Assembly: GCA_018819305.1 (NCBI GenBank)
Contig: JAHJQO010000044.1
Span: forward strand, 1-54,602
Direction: 5' to 3'
Origin: Nanobdellota archaeon
GTDB lineage: Archaea; Nanobdellota; Nanobdellia; Woesearchaeales; SM23-78
DNA length: 54,602 bases
How positions within the stretch are numbered: the stretch's first letter is position 1; every line of letters begins with the position of its first letter. A program made the translations under genes and the position numbers. Under the pieces are notes generated by a model. It worked only from the letters and a program-made list of their open reading frames with translations, did no database searches and was not told where the DNA came from. Shown one piece after another: positions 6,569 to 15,895 of this stretch.

Positions 6569-9500
6569 AAACATTTTATCAGGAAAGAGCATCATATTCA
6601 TCCTCTTATTATTACTATATATGATGCCAGTGGCAGCAGAAATCACACTTTACGCACCTGATGATGAAGCTTTCACCAATTCAAACAGTGTAACATTTGA
6701 CTATTATCTCAACATAAACAACACAACCAACTGCAAGCTCATAATTGACTCTATAATGAACATGTCAAGCATGACTTTGGAAAACCCAGGATTTAATTCA
6801 TTTACAACAAATATAAATCCGGGAGCACATACTTGGAGTGTGCAGTGCGACACATTAAATGCAACAGAAACCAGTGAGCAAAGATACATTACTGTAGATG
6901 TGATGGAACCAACCATAGTGCTCTTTTTCCCAGTTAACAACACCCAGATAAATGAGAGCAATGTGGATTTCAACTTTGTTGCAATTGATAATTATGGAAC
7001 TGAACTTACCTGTGATATTCTCATAAACAACACAATAGAAAAAACAGTAACAGTAACTAACAGTGAACCAGAAATAACAAACATAGACAACATAGAAGAT
7101 GGAACATATACCTGGCACATTATTTGCAAAGACATAGCAAACAACTCAGAAACAAGCAACACAAGAATTTTCAGAATAGATACAACCACTCAAGACCCTG
7201 AATTCAGCATAACAATACCAAAACAAGAATACACTCCAGGAGAAGCAGGGCTTATGACAATCAGCGCGCCAAATGGAGCCAGCATCAGAGTAGAGATTTG
7301 TCCAGACCAGTCAGGTTTTGTCGAATGTGATGTTCCTGTAAATGCGCAAAATGTGATGAACTATCCATTCCAGGAATACCTGAGCTTTACAAACTCTGCA
7401 GGAAAATATATACTGGAAGCACTGTTCAATTATAGTGGATATATAGAAACACAAATGCTCCACTATGAAATATTAAACAACATAGGTATTGAAATAGAAA
7501 CAGATGAAGTAGCAAGAAGAAATGTTCCATTCAACATGGAAGCAGATGCAACAGGAGGGCTTGGAACCTTAAACTATACCTGGCACTTAAGCAATGGTTC
7601 AACAGTAAAAAACAAAGAAGTTGAAATCACATATGGCACAGCAGGCAACTTCACAGAAACAATAATAGTAAAAGACCAATACAACAACACAAATAACCAG
7701 AGTATTGTGATATGGGTAAGAGACTCTGTGTTGATAGACATACTTGTAAAAGATTCAGTCAGAGGCACAGTATTAAAAGATGCAACTGTGGAGATTGAAG
7801 ACCAGCAAAAAATCACAGGCACAAATGGAATAGTAAGCTTTTATGTAAGAACTGGAATGAGAAAAGCAATGGTATTGAGAGAAAATTACTCAATCTTTAA
7901 TGAAGACTTAAACATTACAAAAGCAGAAACATTTACAATACAATTAGAACCATTAGAGCAAGCAAATATTCCAATAGTCACACTAATCAGTCCTGCAGAC
8001 AAATCACAAATCACAGGATCATCAAATGACCTGAAATTCAAAGCAGAACATTCAGCTGACTTAACATGCAATGTATATATTAATGAGAACAATGATGGGT
8101 TTTTCATTGACCTGGGTGATGTAGATGTCAAAGACAGCAGTGAAAAAACATTTGGAGTTATAGAGCTGGAAAACAAAACATACTGGTGGAATGTTGAGTG
8201 CAAAGACTCTGCTGGAAAAACAGGAACCAGCAGTACCTGGGAATTTACAGTAGGAGCGCCATCAGCAGAAGCAGTCACATTACAACAAGACCCAACAGAA
8301 TACGCAGAATATGATGAATGGGTAAAAGAATATGAATTCATCCTTGACACAATAGAAAAATTAACAAAACAAGAAAAAGAAGCAGCAGATGCACTTGGAA
8401 TCTCAGGGAAAATAAAAGACAGCATAGCAGTTTTCAAAAACACAATCAGGGATTTGGACGGACTACAATTCAGAGATGATTTGACAGAAGAAGAAAAAGA
8501 AGCAATGCGCAAAGAACTCATTATCAATGCTGAAGAAGCATATCAAAAAACACCAGTGAGTTTTGAGCTGGTAAAATCAGAAAATTATGTTGACTATATT
8601 AAAAAAGAAGAACTGGAAGCATTAGTAGATGAATACCTGGAACTCAAAGGCATTTCAGAAGAAGTCAACAAAAAGAAAATACTGGCTTTCCTTGAAGCCC
8701 TGCAGCAGGAAGTTGTGATTTCAACAACAATAACAAATGCAAGGCTTAGCTATAAAGACGGCTCTCAAAAAGAAATAACAGCAGTTATCAGAGATGTAAA
8801 AGTCTATAACTTAACAGACGGAACAGTAATAATAGAAATAATTCCAAAAGAAATCATTCAGTCTGCACAAGAAGTAATAAGTGCACAAGAATTTAAAATA
8901 ATAAAAGATGATCCGCTTATTAGCTTTGGTCTGAAGGGTGACACTAAAATAACATATTACTTTGAAAAGAACATAGACCTTGAGCAAATAAAAAAAATCA
9001 AGACAGCTGTGTTTATTGAACTTGAAGAGCTTTCAGAAAACCAGATTACAGGCTTTGCAGCCAGATCTTCAGGAGGACCAAAAATAAAAATAATTTTCTT
9101 CCTGCCAATATTGATTATACTGCTGGGAGGCCTTGTATTTGGAGCAGTCAGATACAATGGAATTGACACAGTTAAATATGCACTTTACAAGCTGCAGGGG
9201 CAAAAAAGCCTGCACTACATAAATGTGATTCTCAGCGACATACATGATCATCTTGATGCAGGAAACCATGAGCAGGCCATAGATTTATATGATGAAGCAA
9301 AAGGCGCATATTCAGAACTAAGCACTCATGCAAAGAATGATGTATATGAAAATATTGTTGAGACTGCTGCAAAAATACAAAGCCATACTCAGCAGACCCA
9401 AACTCATGAACCTGGAATGAACAGAATAAAAGAAATGATTGGCAATATAACAACTCTGCTCACAAATGGAGAGCTGCATCCTGCGCTTGAAGAGTACAAA

Positions 9501-9620
9501 CAAATTGAACATTTATATCACCAGTTTGATGACAGCACAAAAGAAATCCTGCATCCAACACTAACGGCATTGGGAAACAAGATTCAGATATTTATTGAAA
9601 ATGAAAAAGACAAGATATGA
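6561..9620 (+). CDS. Bitopic surface protein: N-terminal signal/TM, Ig-like and PKD-like repeats, C-proximal TM, helical cytoplasmic tail
   Basis: N-terminal hydrophobic segment IIFILLLLLYMMPVAA. Ig-like modules end in TWSVQCDT, TWHIICKDIANN and YWWNVECKDSAGK. PKD-like segment LNYTWHLSNGSTV..ITYGTAGNFTETIIVKDQYNN. TM helix IIFFLPILIILLGGLVFGAV, followed by about 130 aa of helical tail. Confidence 0.8.
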   Translation: MNKNILSGKSIIFILLLLLYMMPVAAEITLYAPDDEAFTNSNSVTFDYYLNINNTTNCKLIIDSIMNMSSMTLENPGFNSFTTNINPGAHTWSVQCDTLNATETSEQRYITVDVMEPTIVLFFPVNNTQINESNVDFNFVAIDNYGTELTCDILINNTIEKTVTVTNSEPEITNIDNIEDGTYTWHIICKDIANNSETSNTRIFRIDTTTQDPEFSITIPKQEYTPGEAGLMTISAPNGASIRVEICPDQSGFVECDVPVNAQNVMNYPFQEYLSFTNSAGKYILEALFNYSGYIETQMLHYEILNNIGIEIETDEVARRNVPFNMEADATGGLGTLNYTWHLSNGSTVKNKEVEITYGTAGNFTETIIVKDQYNNTNNQSIVIWVRDSVLIDILVKDSVRGTVLKDATVEIEDQQKITGTNGIVSFYVRTGMRKAMVLRENYSIFNEDLNITKAETFTIQLEPLEQANIPIVTLISPADKSQITGSSNDLKFKAEHSADLTCNVYINENNDGFFIDLGDVDVKDSSEKTFGVIELENKTYWWNVECKDSAGKTGTSSTWEFTVGAPSAEAVTLQQDPTEYAEYDEWVKEYEFILDTIEKLTKQEKEAADALGISGKIKDSIAVFKNTIRDLDGLQFRDDLTEEEKEAMRKELIINAEEAYQKTPVSFELVKSENYVDYIKKEELEALVDEYLELKGISEEVNKKKILAFLEALQQEVVISTTITNARLSYKDGSQKEITAVIRDVKVYNLTDGTVIIEIIPKEIIQSAQEVISAQEFKIIKDDPLISFGLKGDTKITYYFEKNIDLEQIKKIKTAVFIELEELSENQITGFAARSSGGPKIKIIFFLPILIILLGGLVFGAVRYNGIDTVKYALYKLQGQKSLHYINVILSDIHDHLDAGNHEQAIDLYDEAKGAYSELSTHAKNDVYENIVETAAKIQSHTQQTQTHEPGMNRIKEMIGNITTLLTNGELHPALEEYKQIEHLYHQFDDSTKEILHPTLTALGNKIQIFIENEKDKI

Positions 9621-9720
9621 TTAAGATATGATGTATAAGGTATAATAAATAAGGAATAAAATAAAAAAATAACATAAGAAAAAAAGAAAAAATAACATAA
9701 TAAATTATAAGGAATAAACA

Positions 9721-12700
9721 ATGGTTGAGAAATCAAGAACAAAGGACATTGTATTCACAACAATAATTATCATACTAATAGTTTTAGCTGTAAAAGGACT
9801 GGCCATCATAGGACAATTTATGGGATTTGTTACTTATCATGCAGCAGATGCAGGAACAATTACAGAGATAGACATAAAAATAAGTTTTGATGTAAGCCAC
9901 TGGTCTGCTATTTATGGAACTGCCTGGGGAGTGGGATGGACTCAGGAATGGTATTATAATTTCACAGGAAATGTGTCGCTCTCAGAAGCAGCGAATGAAA
10001 AACATCTCTTGTTTGAATGTATGGAGCCTGGAATAGATCATGAAATATATGCAAGCATGGTGCCTGAAGCAGATATAACTTTCTCTTCCTTAGTGGCAGC
10101 AACAACAGCAGAATATGATGCATACTTAAATGTTGGGGCTAGTGAATTTTACTCAGCCTCAAATACTTTTACAGAAAGCTATAACTTTAATGTGGGTGAC
10201 CTGCAAATATCAGCACCAGCAACATACACATATGTCTGGAACAGCACTGGCTCAACAAGTTTTGTAACAGGAATACTAAAAGATGACAGCGGCAATCTTA
10301 TTTTAGTCACCAAAGTTATAGGAACACCCATACAGAGTTTTAAAAGTGAGCGCTTTAACTATCAGATGCTTCTTCCAATTGCAAACACTAGCTGGCAGGA
10401 TTATTATTTCTGGACTGACCCAACAGATGAATGTCCAGAAGGAAATGGTACAGCTCCTTTCACAGGCACGCTGATTGGAAATGTAACTGATTCTGCAGGC
10501 AACCCTATTGAGCAGGCAGTAATACAAGTAGGAAGTTATGCAACTTACAGCCAGACCACCACGGGCTTCTACAACATGAGTGTAGCAGAAGGAAACTTCA
10601 AAATCTTTGCAATGAAAACAGGCTATGACATCTATCAAAGCAATGTTACAATTGTTAGAGGCAACACAACAGTACATAACATTGTAATGATTGCAGAACA
10701 GCCGCCTTATCCTCCTCTTACAGGAATAGGACCTGGTGAAGACGATCCTGGAACCAGCACAGAAGCAGGAGTGGATGAAGCAGGAACAGAAACAAAAACA
10801 GGAGACTATGATATGCCACCTGTCATTCAAAAGCCACAAAAAATAGAAGGAACAGATTACATCATATCTATTTCTGAAATTAACAGAAAACTCAGGCTGG
10901 GCAATTTTTTGCAGGAAAAAATAACACTTTACAGTTTTAAAGAAAGACCTGCTTCAATATATTTTGAAATAACAGGGAACATCTCTGACTTAATAAAAAT
11001 AGATAAGGAATCAATGGTACTGCAGCCTCGTTCAGATGATTATGTGACTCTCACTGCATTTGGAGTGGGCACCCCAGGTGTATATAATGGAAGCCTGGAC
11101 ATGACAGGAGATATTAATGCCACCATACCTATAACAATAGAGATTCTTCAAAAAGACATGCTTCCAGTTCAGGCCTTACTTATTGACCTTGAACTCAATA
11201 AAAAAATTGTGTTCCCTGGCGAGAGGCTGAAATTCCAGACTAACATGAGAAACCTGTTGACAGATCTCGAGTATCCTGTTAATTTATTATACACAATACA
11301 AGATGCAGAAGGTCAGGAAACAGTATGGTCATATGATACAAATGTGTTTATGAAAACATCATTCTCTCTTCTAAAGAACGCGCTCATTGGACCCAAAGCA
11401 AAGCCAGGAGATTATGTGTTAAGAGTTACTGCCAGCTATCTTGGACTGACAGCAGGAACAAGTGTGATGTTTAGAATAAGCACGCCATGGTACCTGGTAA
11501 CAGTTGTTGGTCCATTTAAAGTCTGGCACATAATATTATTCCTCATCCTTGCCGGTCTGGGAGTGTTTGCTTATTTCCATATTAAAAAAAGAATTGAAGA
11601 TAAAAAGAAATTCCACTTGAAAGTTGAGATGAATGAGCTTCCAAAGCCAGGACCAAGAAGTATATTTGTAGGAAAAATTGCAGAGACAGATAATAAAACT
11701 TACTTTAACATGGAAGCATTCATGACTCACACAATTGATGCAGGAAGCACAGGTAGTGGAAAATCTGTATCTGCGCAAGTCATAGTAGAGGAACTTCTTG
11801 ATAAAGGAGTTGCAGTAATAGTATTTGACCCGACGGCACAGTGGACAGGAATGCTTAGAAAATGCACAGACAAGACAATGCTTGCATTGTATCCTTACTT
11901 TGGAATGAAACCAACAGATGCAAAACCATTCAGCGGAAACATCAGGCAAATAAACAATCCGAGAGAGCAGATTGACATAAAGAAATATGTAAAGCCAGGA
12001 GAGATACAGGTTTTTGCATGCCACAAATTAGAGCCAAAAGAAATGGACATTTTTGTATCCAACAGCATCAGGCAAATTTTTAGAGCCAATTTCCAAGAAA
12101 GCAGAACCTTGAAAGTATTGTTTGTATATGACGAAGTTCACAGGCTGCTGCCAAAATTCGGAGGAAGCGGAGAAGGTTTCCTGCAGATTGAAAGAGGATG
12201 CAGAGAGTTCAGAAAGTGGGGGCTTGGAATGCTGCTAATATCACAGGTACTGAGCGACTTTGTCGGTACAATCAAAGCAAACATAAACACAGAAGTGCAG
12301 ATGAGAACAAGAGATGAAGGAGACCTTGAAAGAATCAGGGTAAAGTATGGAGAAGATGTACTCAGATCACTGGTCAAAGCAACAGTAGGAAGTGGAATGG
12401 TGGAAAACCCTCACTACAACAGAGGTAAACCATATTTTATTGCATTCAAACCTTTAAAGCACAGTGTTCAAAGACTGACTGACGAGGAAATTGAAAAATA
12501 CAATGAATTCAATGACCAGATTGACCAGCTGCAATTTGAACTTCAGCAATTAGAGCAGGAAAAAATAGATATATTTGACCTCAAGTTAGAGCTAAAACTG
12601 GCAAGCGACAAAGTAAAAACAGGAAACTTCAACATGGTCCAGATTTATACCGAAGGAATAGTGCCAAGAATAAAAAAACACTGGGAAAAACTAGGTAAAC

Positions 12701-13638
12701 AGGCAAAAAAACTAGAAATAAAAATTGTTTCAGAAGAAGAGCTGCAGGAAGCATTGAATGCAGCAAAAAAAGCAAGAGCAGATTATGAAACTGAAAAGAA
12801 AAAACAAGATGCAAAAAAAGCAAAAGCAGAAGCAGAAGAAGGAAAAGAAGGAGAAGAAAAAAAAGAAAATCTGTTTAAAAAAGATGTCAACCCAGACAAG
12901 ATTCTGAAACTTGTGAATGGCATGCTGGTAATCAATATGGCTAGTCTTTATGATGAAATTGCTGCAATGAAAGACGAAGATTTTGAAAAACACGTGACAA
13001 TAGATAAAAATGATTTTGCAGACTGGATAAGAGATGCAGTTGGTGACAAAGAACTGGCAGAGCACATCTCATTCACAAGAGACAAAGATAAGATGCTAAA
13101 ACTCCTTGATTTAAGAAGAGAGAACAAGCCACTTCCCAAGCTTGACAAAGAAGCAGCAAAGAAAATGCAAGAAGAAGAAATACTTGAAGAATTGTCAAAG
13201 CCGCCAGAGGAGCAAAAAAAGCAACCCCAAAAGGAAGTCAAAAAAGAAGTCAAGCCAGAAATAAAACCAGCAGAACCTGTGATAAAAAAAGAAGAACAGA
13301 AAACAGAAAAACCAACTGAAGATCTTGAAAAGAAAATTAGTCTTGAACAAATCAAAAAGGCAATAAAAGCAAGCATACAGATACATGAGCCTGAGCCTGA
13401 AGTAACACAAGTTGTTCATACTTTCAAGCTTCAGAACGGAGAAGAGATAAGGAATCTTGATGAGTTAAAACAAAAATTAAAGCAAATGGATGACAACACA
13501 TTCCAAAACTATGTTGGCGAGGATTATAATCATTTTGCAAACTGGATAAGAGATGAACTGCAGAAACCTCAGCTTGCTGACAAAATATATCATATCAGGG
13601 ACAAGAACAAATTAGTTGAGGTATTGGAGAATGGCTGA
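9721..13638 (+). CDS. Membrane-embedded HerA/FtsK-class P-loop ATPase with a large extracellular N-terminal region and a Lys/Glu-rich C-terminal tail
   Basis: TM1 is IVFTTIIIILIVLAVKGLAII. A CarboxypepD_reg-like segment reads GNVTDSAGNPIEQAVIQVG...FKIFAMKTGY. TM2 is VWHIILFLILAGLGVFAYF (nt 11521-11580). Walker A is DAGSTGSGKS (about 11740-11770) and Walker B is LFVYDEVH (about 12120-12141), followed by GLGMLLISQ.. as in DUF87/HerA-type ATPases. The tail is coiled-coil and KE-rich and carries two copies of a module of about 45 aa. Confidence 0.8.
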   Translation: MVEKSRTKDIVFTTIIIILIVLAVKGLAIIGQFMGFVTYHAADAGTITEIDIKISFDVSHWSAIYGTAWGVGWTQEWYYNFTGNVSLSEAANEKHLLFECMEPGIDHEIYASMVPEADITFSSLVAATTAEYDAYLNVGASEFYSASNTFTESYNFNVGDLQISAPATYTYVWNSTGSTSFVTGILKDDSGNLILVTKVIGTPIQSFKSERFNYQMLLPIANTSWQDYYFWTDPTDECPEGNGTAPFTGTLIGNVTDSAGNPIEQAVIQVGSYATYSQTTTGFYNMSVAEGNFKIFAMKTGYDIYQSNVTIVRGNTTVHNIVMIAEQPPYPPLTGIGPGEDDPGTSTEAGVDEAGTETKTGDYDMPPVIQKPQKIEGTDYIISISEINRKLRLGNFLQEKITLYSFKERPASIYFEITGNISDLIKIDKESMVLQPRSDDYVTLTAFGVGTPGVYNGSLDMTGDINATIPITIEILQKDMLPVQALLIDLELNKKIVFPGERLKFQTNMRNLLTDLEYPVNLLYTIQDAEGQETVWSYDTNVFMKTSFSLLKNALIGPKAKPGDYVLRVTASYLGLTAGTSVMFRISTPWYLVTVVGPFKVWHIILFLILAGLGVFAYFHIKKRIEDKKKFHLKVEMNELPKPGPRSIFVGKIAETDNKTYFNMEAFMTHTIDAGSTGSGKSVSAQVIVEELLDKGVAVIVFDPTAQWTGMLRKCTDKTMLALYPYFGMKPTDAKPFSGNIRQINNPREQIDIKKYVKPGEIQVFACHKLEPKEMDIFVSNSIRQIFRANFQESRTLKVLFVYDEVHRLLPKFGGSGEGFLQIERGCREFRKWGLGMLLISQVLSDFVGTIKANINTEVQMRTRDEGDLERIRVKYGEDVLRSLVKATVGSGMVENPHYNRGKPYFIAFKPLKHSVQRLTDEEIEKYNEFNDQIDQLQFELQQLEQEKIDIFDLKLELKLASDKVKTGNFNMVQIYTEGIVPRIKKHWEKLGKQAKKLEIKIVSEEELQEALNAAKKARADYETEKKKQDAKKAKAEAEEGKEGEEKKENLFKKDVNPDKILKLVNGMLVINMASLYDEIAAMKDEDFEKHVTIDKNDFADWIRDAVGDKELAEHISFTRDKDKMLKLLDLRRENKPLPKLDKEAAKKMQEEEILEELSKPPEEQKKQPQKEVKKEVKPEIKPAEPVIKKEEQKTEKPTEDLEKKISLEQIKKAIKASIQIHEPEPEVTQVVHTFKLQNGEEIRNLDELKQKLKQMDDNTFQNYVGEDYNHFANWIRDELQKPQLADKIYHIRDKNKLVEVLENG

Positions 13639-14089
13639 GCAGGAACAAGAAGAAAAAGAAAAAGATGAGCTTGGAATACAAAAGCTTGCAGAAGAGATAA
13701 GTGAAACCAACAGGAAAATAGATGATGCTTATGATGAAAAGCTCAGAAGACTGGAAGCCAAGAAAAATCTGATACCTGATGAGAAAACAGAAGATGAATA
13801 TAATTATAGAATTGCAGAGCTCAAAGAAAAATTGTCAGAAGTAAAGCATCAAATCAGCGAAGCGAGAAAATCAGGCAAAGACCCTTTGATTGCAGACCTT
13901 GTGCTAAGAAATGTGAATGCAAAGATTCAAATGGCAGAAGTCACTCATGATAAAAATGATTTTGAAGCAGTAGAAAATGTTTTAAACAAAGCAGAATTAG
14001 AGCTTAAAGAAGCACTAAAACAAGAAGAGGTTAATATTAAAAAAGAGATTGAAGAAAGACTTGTTGCAGAATATACTAAAGCAAAATAA
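13631..14089 (+). CDS. Coiled-coil protein (about 152 aa)
   Basis: ATG at 13631 overlaps the ATPase stop (ATGGCTGA). The sequence is charged with a heptad-like character. The TTG at 13616 in the ORF track is less likely. Confidence 0.6.
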   Translation: MAEQEQEEKEKDELGIQKLAEEISETNRKIDDAYDEKLRRLEAKKNLIPDEKTEDEYNYRIAELKEKLSEVKHQISEARKSGKDPLIADLVLRNVNAKIQMAEVTHDKNDFEAVENVLNKAELELKEALKQEEVNIKKEIEERLVAEYTKAK

Positions 14090-14123
14090 TTAATTTTCAA
14101 ACAAAAACTTGAGGTGAGAAGCA

Positions 14124-15320
14124 TTGGGCTTATTTGGTGGAAACAAAAAGAAATCCAGGGATGAAATAATTGCTGAGGGAATAACTGAAGCAGAAGCATC
14201 TGTAGTTGACCAAGATAAAAAAGACGAGACTTTTAATTCTGGCAATCCTAAGATGGATATGGAAATAACCAAGATAAAAGCCCAGCTGGAATCATATAAT
14301 GAGATAAGAAAATCTAATTCTGAAAGATTCTCAAGATTAAGCGAGCAAATGGGAGAACTCAGGGGAATGATAATGGACACTAACAAGACAATGTCAAAGA
14401 TAGAAGTTAGTGCAACCAAAGCAATTGACCTTGTTGAAAGCGTGCATCCGGAAAAACTTATGGTTGAGATAAGAAAACAAGAAGGAAAAGGAGAAGCTCT
14501 GAAGGCAAATATTGAAAGCAATGAGGCAATGATGCATGACATCCTGGAAGAGCTCAAAAAAGTGCGGCAGCAGATGAGCTTTTACAAGGGCATTGAGCAG
14601 GTTACAAAATTAAATGAAGAGGTCAAAGGAGAGCTTATTGACATCAAAAAAGTTGAAGGAACAATTGAAAGGCATGCTGACAAGGCAGAAACAATATTCA
14701 TTGACATGGAAAAAAGATTTGCAGAGTTTGAAAAATTCATAAGGACTGTGGATGACATTGAAAAGACTTTCCACACCATGCAGGGTTCATTTGATAACAT
14801 GAAGCTTGACCTTAGCAAAAAAGCAGAGAAAAAAGAAATCGGCAGTCTGATGGACAAGCTGACTGAGTTTGAGAATCACACAGGAAACATCCTCAAACTT
14901 CTGGATGAGCGTTCAAAGCACATGAAACAAGAACTAAAAGATACAATTAAGAAGATAAAAAACCAGCTCAGAAAAAAACACAACATTGTATTGGATGAGC
15001 GCAGTATAAAAGAAGAAAGCCTGCCTAAAGAAGAAAAAGATTACATGGAAAAAACCCTGAACACGCTTGTGAATAAAGATGACAAAGAAAAAGAGTTGAA
15101 AGAAGAGAATAAAGAGAGTGAATCAGATGAATCTAAAGAAGAATTCCCCCAGCCTGAGCAGGAGATAAGAGAAGTAGATGTAGAAGAGCCGGCTAAAATA
15201 GAGCAAAAAAAAGAGAAACAAGAAGAAACTCAAGAAGAAAAGCAAGAAGAACTAGATCTAAAAGATGTTCTTAAAAGAAGAAGTATTATTACTAAAGAAC
15301 TGAGTGATGAAAAATTATAA
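14124..15320 (+). CDS. Long coiled-coil protein with an acidic C-terminus (398 aa)
   Basis: TTG start with GAGGTGA 6 nt upstream. N-terminus MGLFGGNKKK, then about 300 aa of predicted helix, then an E/K-rich tail. No enzymatic motif. Confidence 0.65.
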   Translation: MGLFGGNKKKSRDEIIAEGITEAEASVVDQDKKDETFNSGNPKMDMEITKIKAQLESYNEIRKSNSERFSRLSEQMGELRGMIMDTNKTMSKIEVSATKAIDLVESVHPEKLMVEIRKQEGKGEALKANIESNEAMMHDILEELKKVRQQMSFYKGIEQVTKLNEEVKGELIDIKKVEGTIERHADKAETIFIDMEKRFAEFEKFIRTVDDIEKTFHTMQGSFDNMKLDLSKKAEKKEIGSLMDKLTEFENHTGNILKLLDERSKHMKQELKDTIKKIKNQLRKKHNIVLDERSIKEESLPKEEKDYMEKTLNTLVNKDDKEKELKEENKESESDESKEEFPQPEQEIREVDVEEPAKIEQKKEKQEETQEEKQEELDLKDVLKRRSIITKELSDEKL

Positions 15321-15331
15321 GCTGATTCTGA

Positions 15332-15577
15332 TTAACCATAAATAATAGTTCCTATCACAATAAGAACATCAAGCACTATCCAGCAAACATAAGCATAAAT
15401 AATTGGTTTTTCCTTGTGCAATATGCCATAAATAAGCCAGAAAACTGCCTGAATAGTGTAAACAATCCAAGAAATCAGAGAAATACTGGTTGCATTTTTC
15501 GCAACCCAAATTTTAAGAACCTGAGGAATTGTCATCAAAGGTCCAATTATTCCAACCACAAAGATGGCCTTGTCCAT
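15332..15577 (-). CDS. SemiSWEET / PQ-loop family transporter (3 TM)
   Basis: 81 aa with three hydrophobic helices and the PQ motif in TM1 (MTIPQVLKIW). Confidence 0.7.
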   Translation of the reverse strand: MDKAIFVVGIIGPLMTIPQVLKIWVAKNATSISLISWIVYTIQAVFWLIYGILHKEKPIIYAYVCWIVLDVLIVIGTIIYG

Positions 15578-15895
15578 AAATCTCTTGAACTTCTGAGGAT
15601 TAGGATATTGCTCTAGCTTCTGATGAACTCTTTTGCGCTTACTAAAATGATGCAGACCCGGGCTGTCATGTACCAGGATATATATTCTAAATATTCTAAC
15701 TTATATAATTTGTTATAAATGATATGTGAAGCCTGTTCACTACACTCACTTCCAAAACTTTACTAAAGTCAAGCGACTCCCAGTCCAAAAAAGATCTGAA
15801 TCACTTCATATTAATTTTGACCAGAAGGCTGCGACTCTTGGAATAACCCCTCAGTGTTCGAAATATTTAAATAATATTATTTTCATATACATATC

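Noticed and set aside
7886-8527. 213-aa minus-strand ORF, representative of many antisense or alternative-frame ORFs inside the large genes. Other examples: 6704-7189, 10303-10839, 11536-12024, 12730-13376, 14090-14557, 23794-24138, 25741-26061, 35028-36902, 47134-47533 and 48388-48966.
   Set aside because: All lie wholly inside much longer ORFs that have clear domain content. Their products are low-complexity (S/F/L/C-rich) with no motifs. They are expected from the biased A-rich coding strand, which is stop-poor on the opposite strand.
9621-9720. A-rich intergenic stretch with short repeats (AAGGAATAAA x2, AATAACATAA x2) between the 1019-aa and 1305-aa genes.
   Set aside because: It is low-complexity poly-A/AT sequence. 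The repeats are short and have no structure or symmetry, so it is most simply a spacer and leader.
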